From contig OZ024741.1 in the NCBI GenBank assembly GCA_964016885.1, forward strand, positions 181,350,001-181,414,000: a DNA stretch of 64,000 nt. Reading direction: 5' to 3'. Shown in pieces: positions 53,410 through 64,000 of this stretch (its first letter is position 1; the number at the start of each line of letters is the position of its first letter). The stretch is from Eledone cirrhosa (taxonomy: Eukaryota). Under the pieces are notes generated by a model. The model ran no database searches. It saw only the letters and a list, made by a program, of their open reading frames with translations, and was not told the origin of the DNA. The translations under genes and the position numbers were made by a program.

Positions 53410-56400
53410 TGGTTTCTACTTTAGGCACATTTTGAGGGAGGGGAAAGTCGATTAAATCGACCCCCGTAACGATGAGAGTCAAAGCTAACCTCAGCGGGAT
53501 TGGAACTCAGAACGTAAAGGGCCGAAACTATATGCCACAAAGCATGTTGCCGACGCTCTACCGATACTGTCAATAATATTGATAATAATTGTTTCTACTT
53601 TTGGCACAAGGCCAGCAATTATCTCAGTGTATTACTGGTACTTTATTTTATCGACCCCGTAAGGATGAAAGGCAAAGTTAACCTTAGCGGGATTTGAACT
53701 CAGACCATAAAGGGCCGTAGCTCTTTGCTGCAAATCATGGCGTTCGACCCTCTACCAATACTGCCAATCCACCGCCTTAATAATATTGATAATAATGGTT
53801 TCTGATTTAGGCACAAGCTCAATAATTTTGGGGAACGGCAAGTCGTTTAAATCGTCCTCGTACTATATTTTAGCGACCTTGAAATGGTGTAGGGCAAATC
53901 TTACCTCAGGAGGATTTGAACTCAGAACGTAAAGTGTCGGAACAAATAATTGTTTCTACTTTAGGCACAAGGCCAGCAATTTGAAAGGGAAGGGAATGTC
54001 GACCCCAGTGCATTACTGGTGATTTATTTTATCGACCCCGTAAGGATGAAAGGCAAAGTTGACCTTGGCGGGATTTGAACTCAGAACATAAAGGACCGTA
54101 AATCTATGCCGCAAAGCATATTGTCCGATGCTCTACCGATACTGCCAATCCACCACCAAATAAATCATCATTAACTATAATTGTTTCTACTCTTGGCACA
54201 AGGTCAGCAATTACCCAATGCATTACTGGTACTTTATTTTATCGACCCCGTAAGGATGAAAGGCAAAGTTAACCTCGGCGGGATTTGAACTCAGAATGGC
54301 AAGGGGCTTAACTCTATGCGTCCGACCCTCTACCGGTACTGCCAATCCGCCGTTAACTATAATGCGTGATTATTTATATATTTGTCCGTCACCCACTGAA
54401 AGGGTATTATTGGTGACAAACTATAGAAAACAGCGACCAGCGTTCTAATATTTGTTGCACTTGTGTGAGTGTATGTGTAGTGAATTGGCTACACACATTG
54501 ACTATTATTATTCAAATCCCGCCGAGGTTGACTTTGCCTTTCATCCTTACGGGGTCGATAAAATAAAGTATCAGTAATGCACTGGGTAATTGCTGGCTTT
54601 ATGCCTAAAGTAGAAACAATTATTGTGTAAGTGAGGGTGGTGGATTGGCAGTATTGGCAGAGGGTCGGACGCCATGCTTTGACGCATAGAGTTACGATCC
54701 TTGCCATTCTGAGTTCAAATCCCGCCGAGGTTAACTTTGCCTTTCATCCTTACGGGGTCGATAAAATAAAGTACCAGTAATACACTGGATAATTGCTGGC
54801 CTTGTGCCTAACGTTGAAACAATTATTGTGTAAGTGAGGGCGGTGGATTGGCAGTATCGTTAGAGAGTCGGACACCATGCTTTGCAGCACAGAGTTACGG
54901 GTCTTTATGATCTGAGTTCAAATCCCGCCGAGGTTAACTTTGCGTTTCATCCTTTCGGGGTCGATAAAATAAAGTACCAGTCACGCACTGGGGTCGAATT
55001 AATCTACTTTATCCTCCCCCAAAACTGCTGGCCTTGTGCCTATATAATAAACCATTATTGTGTAAGTGTTTGTGAGAGTGTATGTGTGTAACTATATGTG
55101 TGAGTGTATGTTTCTGAGTGTATGTGTGTGAGTATATGTGTGTTTGTGTGAATATATTTATGTCTGTGTGAGTGTATATGTGTTTATGTGTTTATATTTA
55201 TATAATCATACATATAAATATATACATAAGCACACCAAGATATTATCTTGGTTACATAAAGGATTGTAATAAAACAGTTATTAGACTAAAAACTTGGTTT
55301 TGTACCCAATTTAATATATAATATAATAGAATTAGCCGCCATTCTTGACGGCACAGAGCCAGCTAGAGTTAATAATTGTTTCTACCTTTGGCACAAGGCC
55401 AGCAATTAACCAGTCCATTACTGGTACTTTATTTTATCGACCCCGTAAGGATGAAAGGCAAAGTTAACCTCAGCGGGATTTGAACTCAGAATGGCAAGGG
55501 CCGTAACTCTATACGTCAAAGCATGGCGTCCGACTCTCTATCGATACTGCCAATCCACCGCCCTTAACTAGAGTTATACCAGTAATGCACTGGGTAATTT
55601 GCTGGCCTTGTGCCTAAAGTAGAGACAATTATTATTACGCCATGCTTTCCAGCATAGTTATGTCCCTTTACGGTAAAATAAAGTACGATAAAATAAAGTA
55701 CGATAAAATAAAGTACCAGTAATGCACTGGGTAATTGCTGGCCTTGTGCCAAATGTTGAAACAATTATTAACTAGAGTTAATAATGATTTCTACTATCGA
55801 CACAAGGCCGGTAATATTGGGGGGAGGGGAAAGTCGATTAAATAGAACCCTGTGCATTACTGGTACTTTATTTTATCGACGTCGTAAGGATGAAAGGCAA
55901 AGCTAACTTCGGCGAGATTTGAACTCAGAATGTAAAGGGTCGTAACTCTATGCGGCAAAGCATAATGTCCGACGCTCTACCGATACTGCCAGCTCACTGC
56001 CCTTAAGTAGTGTTAATAATAATTTGTTATTTTCCACAAAGGCAATGGATGACGTGATAATATAAAGCCGAGGTGGGGTTTGATGTGGGATGGATTATGA
56101 TAAAACAGGTAAGGAAAACAGAAGTATACAAAAGAAATGAAATATCTCTATACAAGGATAGACAAGGAAGTGCTACAGATCCAGGCTCCTTAGTACCGTC
56201 AAGGACATTTCTCAGCTGTGTTCTCTGATTAACGGGAGCCTGCTGAGAGTAGTATTATTCACGTGGTCATTCTTGTTATTCTCAATTACCCTTAGAAAAT
56301 TTGCTGAGGGACATCACCTCCCCACCAGTGTCCCCTTTTCCATTTATGAAGTTGTTGAGTATTTGGCTGAAGAAGAAACTGCATGTCTTCAGTGGTTTCT

Positions 56401-57030
56401 TGCTTGTCCATCATTCAATAATTAAAAACGGAAAAGGAAGGGAAAGTCAACAACTCTAGGGTTACAGAAGAGTGGGAGGAGAATGGGAAGGGTGATGGGC
56501 TCCAGGCTTTGAGCGCGGCGGTGTTGGGGATGCGTCTCACAGTCAAGACTGCAAAAGCATTCCCGCGGACAATGGCCAGCGACAACCGCTGAAAAAGCCA
56601 CCCCCACCTCATTCAATTATTCTCAACATACTTACCAGGCAGAAGAAAATTCCTTGCTCTTTCCAATTAAAGGAAACTAACCGGGAGAGCCTTACAAATG
56701 TAGTCTCACCTTAGTTTATTTCGAGAGACACTTATGATAATAATGGTTTCTTATATAGATTGGGGAGTGGAGAAAGTCAATTAAATCGACCCCAGTGCGT
56801 GACTGGTACTTTATTTTATCGACCCCGTAAGGATGAAAGACAAAGTTAACCTCGGTTGGATTTGAACTCAGACAACTCTATGCTGCAAAGCATGGTGTCC
56901 AACCCTCTACCGATACTGCCAATCTACCGCCCAATAATTGTTTCTACGTTTGGCACAAGGCCAGCAATTACCCAGTGCATTACTGGTACTTTATTTTATC
57001 GACCCCGTAAGGATGAAAGGCAAAGTTAAA
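53410..57030. mobile_element. Dense SINE cluster of more than ten full or partial copies in both orientations
   Basis: Minus-strand units 53410-54352, plus-strand units 54510-55060, mixed 55372-56005, minus-strand 56745-57030. Confidence 0.85.
56025..56710 (-). repeat. Second copy of repeat X, carrying a CRE-like 3' fragment (about 56424-56609)
   Basis: Insert encodes WLFQRLSLAIVRGNAFAVL and is flanked by near-direct repeats AATAATTGAATGA / AATTATTGAATGA on the minus strand. Confidence 0.7.
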
Positions 57031-57402
57031 TAAAACTATAGTTATATCTGCAATACATTTACCTGAGATCTTCCAATATATACTGTTGTGCTTAAACAAT
57101 TATTCTTTAATATATGTATGTATGAGTGCATGTATACATGTATGTATGTATGTATGTATGCGTGCATGCATGTACGTATGTATGTATGTATGTATGTATG
57201 TATGTATGTATGTATGTACGTATGTACGTATGTATGTACGTACGTACATCCGTCCGTATGCAATTATTTATTTATTTATGTACACACACCCGCAAATTCA
57301 CCCATAGATATATAACTTAAAATGTAATTAGATTTGCAGCTTCATAAATAATGAATGAATATTTAGCTATAACAATATACAATCTCATAAAAATAGTGTA
57401 TT

Positions 57403-57474
<72 letters not shown>

Positions 57475-57522
57475 TTCTCGTTATAGACATACGCACACAC
57501 ACGCACACCCTCATATATATGT

Positions 57523-57587
<65 letters not shown>

Positions 57588-57603
57588 AAGAAAAGACGAA
57601 GAA

Positions 57604-57676
<73 letters not shown>

Positions 57677-58598
57677 ATGTAAAAGATTTAAGTGCACCGA
57701 GATATCCAAAATCCAATTTATATCAAATTAATAACGAAATTTAATATATTCTATCCCTTTCAATTTATAATTTTCTAGAATCATCGTAATCATAAAAATA
57801 TTTCGAATGTCAGAGTGTCTTAGATAAATTTTGACAGCGATTCATTGCATCAAGTACAATGGAGTTGCCATAGAAAGGTATCGTGCTGGCAGGAATGAGA
57901 GAAGGCTTGGTTAACATTAGTCAAGCTGGAGATATGATATCTTTCTTTATTCTGGAGATATGATAGAAGATGCTAGCTCAAAGTCACACGCTGTGGGATC
58001 AAATCTGGAATATCGAAGTCACCAAGCGAAATTATTTTACCGCGCAGTCATTCCCGCACTCCTCTCAGGAGTTTTGCTAATTGTTTTCCGAACCACAAAC
58101 CTTCATATTTATTTTATCAGTTTGCCAGAAGGGAATAGCAGAGTCCATAGACTATTTTAGGGCCTGCGAGACTGAGTGATATCGTCAAACCGGAGACCTG
58201 GCTCGAATGCTTGCTCCAACATAGTAAACTCTGCTCACCGCCCCCAAGGGCCAGGTAGTGTTGTTAAACTGGGCGACAGATTAAATCCACACCCGATGTA
58301 GGCAAAGGCAGGATTTGTACACAGAAGGTAAAGTGTCAGAACATTTACTGAAAGGGCACTTGTTCAGACGTTCTACTTCTTCTGCCAATTCTCTGCCCTT
58401 TTATGGCCTGATCTTATCTCCATTTTGAGAGGCACTGAGTAAGTGAGAAATAAATGAATTATTGAAGAGGATGCAACTGACGTTAGCATTGCAAACTATC
58501 GGGACTCTCATTAAATTCGCAGTGCTGCCATTGCTAACAGCTCTTAGTTAGAACATCAGTTGCACTTATTCATGTCTATGTGGACATGGCCGTTGAGA

Positions 58599-58677
<79 letters not shown>

Positions 58678-59077
58678 ATTTAGCACTGAAATACTGAGCA
58701 TGGACGAAAATCCTGTTGGAACTCACACCACATTAATTTTGTGAGTTCCCTGGAGTTTTATTGGCAATGTCTCTGTTTTATATAGGATTCCATGCCAGAT
58801 CTACACAATAGCCTCACAACTGGTGAAACTTCCGGATAAACTTACACATGATGGATGAGAACTGAATGAACCGGAAGCAAGCATCTGTCGCCCCTAACAA
58901 TTCCGTCAATCCACTGTTCTGGAGGGGTGCCTTATTTATAGCTCCCGAAAGGAAGGCTGAGCGTTAAAGTTGAATTCAATGTGATTTGAACTCAAAATGA
59001 ACAGCACTGTAATAAATACAGCACGTCATTCTATCCGACGCTCTAACGACTCTGAAATTCAATCCCCTTCAAGCATA

Positions 59078-59263
59078 TGAGGGTTGGCTGAAAAGTTCAT
59101 TGGCTGACTATGAAGGAGTGATGTGAAATCTTGCATGCATTAATTTAAACTCTTCTTATCAGTAACTGCATTGTTTCTTTCCAGAGACTATGTTGAAAAA
59201 AAAAACCTCATTTACTCATTCCATGAGAGTATCTTGGTCAGCCTATGAACTTTTCAGCCGACA
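59078..59263. mobile_element. Tc1/mariner-like MITE
   Basis: Inverted termini GTTGGCTGAAAAGTTCATTGGCTGAC / GTCAGCCTATGAACTTTTCAGCCGAC. Confidence 0.65.
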
Positions 59264-59577
59264 TGTTGACGTCAGCGAGTTTTGAACTCAGAATGTAAAA
59301 GGTCGTAACTAAATCTCATCACCATCATCATGATCCTTTGACTGCAGTAACAGACGGCCACAATTCTCTTTCCACCTACTGCAGATTTCATAATCAGTTG
59401 TGACTCCGTGGACGGGTGTTTATCCATAGCTATCAGTGGAATTTGAATCCTTTTTCGGAATTTGAACTCAGAAAGGAAAGTGTTGGAAAAGACGCCACAG
59501 ATAATCTTCAACGATCCCAAAATCTCGTCAATCCATCGCCATCTTCATGGATTGGTACTTTATTATATCGACCCTGA

Positions 59578-59790
59578 GGGCGGTGGATTGGCAGTATCGG
59601 TGGAGGGTCGGACGCCATGCTTTTCAGCATAGAGTTGCAGCCCTTTATGATCTGTGTTCAAATTCTGCCGAGGTTAAATTTGCCTTTTATCCTTACGGGG
59701 TCGATAAAATAAAGTACCAGTCACGCACTGGGGTCGATTTAATCGACCCTCCCCCCGAAATTGCAGGCCTTGTGCCTATATGAGAAACTA
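59578..59790 (+). mobile_element. SINE full copy (long-tail variant)
   Basis: Matches the family and carries the extra GGGGTCGATTTAATCGAC segment. Confidence 0.85.
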
Positions 59791-61104
59791 TTATATCGAC
59801 CCTGATTGGCTGTAAGGCAAAGTTGATCACGCTGGGATTCGAACTCAAGGCACAGAAAGCTGGAAAATATACCACAAGGTACTCTAATCAACACTTTAAC
59901 AATTCTGTCAATTTGCTGCCTTATACTAAATATAAAAAAATATTTGATGTACCGGATTATTCTAATCCATTGCTCACACATAAACACATCTCTTCCAAAT
60001 TATAAAAAAAATCTATAGGGTCAGTGATCAATCTTAGTCGTATTAAGATTTTTCAGACAGCGTATATTTACGTTGCATATTATTTCCACTGTGTAGCCTA
60101 GAAGCCTCCGTAGGCGTATGTCTTTCGGCAACTGAACATTTCTTACACGTTCTAAATTAGAACATTTGGAAGTTCATTATCTAATTTTAACTCAAATTAA
60201 TATAAGAAAACTTAACAACGGATTGTAAACGGTGCAATATCAATGTTGAGGGCAGTTACTGTTGTTAGGCACGTGTTTGCATCTATTATAACCCATTCCT
60301 TTTCAATTCATATCTGGTCACGAAGGTTACCATCCAGAAGGTTCCGTTTTAATTGATTACCTTTTCAAAGTAATTTCTCAAAGCATTTTGACGTCATACA
60401 ATATCTGGAAGCAGTTGATGACGTCAAGAGGTTAAAAGCTCAACGCTGATTGTATATCATTTGTAATATAGCCAAATTGATTGATTTCTTAGAATAGAAT
60501 AGAAAACACTCACATATACAAGCCTATTTGCAAGCAATGAAGACAATTCATAAACACACATATACACACCTAACCACACACATATATACACCTAATCACA
60601 CACACATATGCAGCCACACAAACATATATATACACCTAATCACACACACATATGCAGCCACACAAACACGTTTAAACATTCATACACTTACACACAGCTA
60701 AACATATACAGACAGGCACGTTCAGACAGTCATGTATACACCATCAAAACAGAATTTATATATCATCAATATATAAATGATCTGCAAACTTTACAAATAG
60801 ATAAGTAGATTTATGTTGTACAGAGATCGTTAATAAGATAACAGTTCTACATACATAATGTCTGTGTACCCTATAGTAAGATATCGCCCTCGTAAAGTTC
60901 ACTAATTCACTTGTAAACTGATTGAGGAGTTAACTACTGACCACATATTCTATATGGATGGTAATAACGGCATTCGAAATGAGATATCAATTGATTTTTA
61001 GCACCTGCAAAATACCTCAGTTTTTCGAATAAGTGAAATGAGAATATATGGTGTTCGTCTTCCTACATTAGGGATGTTAGTGACGTTTTAAGATGAATAA
61101 TTGA

Positions 61105-61520
61105 TATTGGCAGTATCAGTAGAGAGTTGGACGACAAGCTTTGCAGCATAGAGTGGCGGCCCTTTACGGTATGAGTTCAAATCCCACTGAGGTTAACTTT
61201 GCCTTTCATCCTTATGGGGTCAATAAAATAAAGTACCAGTAATACACTGGGATAATTGCTGGCCTTGTGCAAAAAAATAGAAACAATTATTAGTATTGCA
61301 AAGGGTGGCTGATAGGTAGAATCATTAGAGCACCGGACTATTTGCTTTGTAGCATGTAGTTACGACCCTTTGCGTTCTGCGTTCAAATCCCGCCACGGTC
61401 AGTTTTGCCTTTCATCCTTCTGGGGTCGATAAAATAAAGTACCAGTAAAGTACTTGGGTCGATATAATCAATTTTCCCTCTCTACAAATTGCTGGCCTTG
61501 TGCCTAATTTAGGAATAATT
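61105..61520 (+). mobile_element. Two tandem SINEs
   Basis: Units at about 61105-61290 and 61303-61520. Confidence 0.8.
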
Positions 61521-62989
61521 ATTAGTATTGCCATATCTCTGTATGCTGACTTGGTTTTGACTGGTTCTGTCGAACACACGGTAATAACTGCAGCTAAGCA
61601 GCCTAGATGAACAACTCTTCTTTTACAGATGCGCTGTAGGCAGCGATACTGCAAAGTCGTTAGAGGTCAACTTTATTTTTTATCGATAACTAAAGTACTA
61701 GTCAAGAACTGGGATAAGTTCTCTGACGTTGGAAGAAATCGCCTGTGGTCAAATCAGGAGAGAAATGAGCGTGGTTAGGTTTAAAATTCACAAGGCACCC
61801 TCCCACCACTCCATTAGGAGTTAATAGACCAGTGATAAGATGCGTTGTAGTTGAAAACTAAAAGACATGATAATCACGTGTAGAATGTACTTCAATCATA
61901 GTCTTGCTTAATATGAGCTGTTGTGGGGCTAAACAACTTTAGAAGATAGTTAACGATGGAGATATCGTTTAGAGAAAGGTCTAATCGCCACATAGAATTG
62001 TGTTAACAGCGCAAGTGAAATTATTTTAAATGGGAACCGAAATCGGATTCAAGGATTTGTTTCTCGGGAGCTTATATTTGCCTTGCGACGCAAAAAAAAA
62101 AAAAAATCGAAAAAATAAAGCATTTCTTCTCTGCTGTTTTATCATCAAAATATTAATTGTTTAAAGTACATTATTTGACTAAGTTAATTAACTTGCAAAG
62201 CGTTTCTAATTATTAATAAATTTTTAATTTGTTATAGTGTAATTAAAGAATTTTCCGTTAATGAAGAACTGACAGAAGAACTGACTGGCTAAAATGTTAT
62301 TCAGTGCTAAAATATTTATAATCAACTGTAATTTAATATTTGTTCTAATATTTTATATCTGTGAATACAGCACGGTTCAATGTTTAAGAAGTTCTCTGTA
62401 CAATCGTTTCGATTCCAGCGCGCAGCATTTTGGGCAATTTTGAGCCATTTTGAGCCATTTTCCATAACAACGGAGCGACCAATGCTTTGTGAGTGAAATT
62501 AGGCAGATGGAGAGTGTTTAGAAAACAACCATTTGTATATTAATTACACGAAACCGACGGAGATTGGAATCTACTGTGGTTATAAAAAGAGGAAACAATG
62601 TTTATATATGTATTTTAGATTTTGCATACTTTGAATGGGTTAGACGAAACCCAGTTTCATGGGTGTTAAGTACAAAATCTCCCCATGCCAAGACGCTACA
62701 ATCGTGAGCTCAATCCCTTAGTCATTAGGCCACACGCCTTCACTTTTACAATCAACTGAAAATATATAAAACATTAATTTTTCTATACGTAAATACAAAT
62801 ATGCAAACTTTTAAACACACACACAAGCTCTTTACTCCCCCATATATGTATATAAGGTGTACATATATACAGGGTGTCAAAAAATGTATACACACTTCAA
62901 CAGCATTCTAATAAACATTGCCTGTACAGGTAATCAAAGTGTGTGTACAATGTTTGGGACACACACACACACACTATATATATATATAC

Positions 62990-63435
<446 letters not shown>

Positions 63436-63754
63436 TATATACAACAATGAAGCAGGGACATAGAAAACAACATCCGATTGCAAATCAATGTGAATATAGT
63501 TCAATATACTTCTCTAATGAGATGTAACAAGATCAGAACATGTCCGCTGCTTTCGCCAATTGGCTTCAATAACGAAATCCATTTACTCTCAACCTCATTA
63601 CCAGTATTTTTAAAAAGGTGGGTGAGCTGATATTGGAGTTATCTCTTTTTGACTGTTTATAGAATTTAGATACACATAGAAGATTTTGTCTTCTAATTGT
63701 AAGGATGTTGTCAGTTGTAGTTTTTCGAGTAAACATACTATAAACAGACAGGGA

Positions 63755-63905
63755 ATTGGCAGACTCGTTAAGAGGTCGGATAGAATGCTTTGCGGTATTC
63801 GTTCCGGCTCTCTGCACAAAGAGTTCAAAACACACCGAGGCCAGCTTTGCTTTTCATCCTTTCGAGGTGAGGTTGATAAATATGTACCAGGCCAGTGTTG
63901 GGGTC
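63755..63905 (+). mobile_element. SINE, diverged copy
   Basis: GAATTGGCAG..GAGTTCAAA..TTTCATCCTTTCG..GATAAA..GTACCAG. Confidence 0.65.
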
Positions 63906-64000
63906 CATTCTTCCTTTACATCTCTTTCATAATTCATCTCTAACCTTTTCTCACTTTCTCCAGAAGAAATCGACTGTACTCTGACCTGGTGAGGGGGATG

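Noticed and set aside
55674-55716. Three copies of TAAAATAAAGTAC(GA)
   Set aside because: Local slippage within a SINE core
53410-57030. CRISPR-like recurrence of GGGGTCGATAAAATAAAGTACCAG
   Set aside because: These are SINE cores in both orientations without unique regular spacers; the context is eukaryotic with no cas genes

Overview
AT-rich, microsatellite-dense eukaryotic non-coding DNA, probably intronic or intergenic. The SINE families look like those of octopus, but the organism call is an inference. No intact host gene is evident, and most ORF-track entries are translations of (TA)n, (CA)n or (AAT)n. The real coding remnants are decayed transposons: an R4/Dong-like RLE LINE (2.5-6.1 kb), an RTE LINE (11.6-12.9 kb), a Vingi-like LINE (25.1-26.4 kb), CRE-like C-terminal fragments, a hAT fragment, and at least six Penelope-like (Naiad-type, RT plus C-terminal GIY-YIG) copies, the larger ones next to (TA)n. 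Many tRNA-derived SINE copies occur, often clustered. The most notable signal is a non-coding repeat family (about 300-430 nt, at 6.4, 26.6-27.2, 42.9, 52.2 and 52.7 kb). It combines an ATGCAAAT octamer, a minimal type I hammerhead ribozyme with a covarying extended stem I, and paired 3' hairpins. Two rearrangement junctions fall at or next to the predicted cleavage site, suggesting a Penelope-mobilised retrozyme-like system. A second recurrent signal is snap-back palindromes at the truncated ends of (TA)n-embedded insertions. All alignments and folds were done by eye, and element boundaries are approximate.
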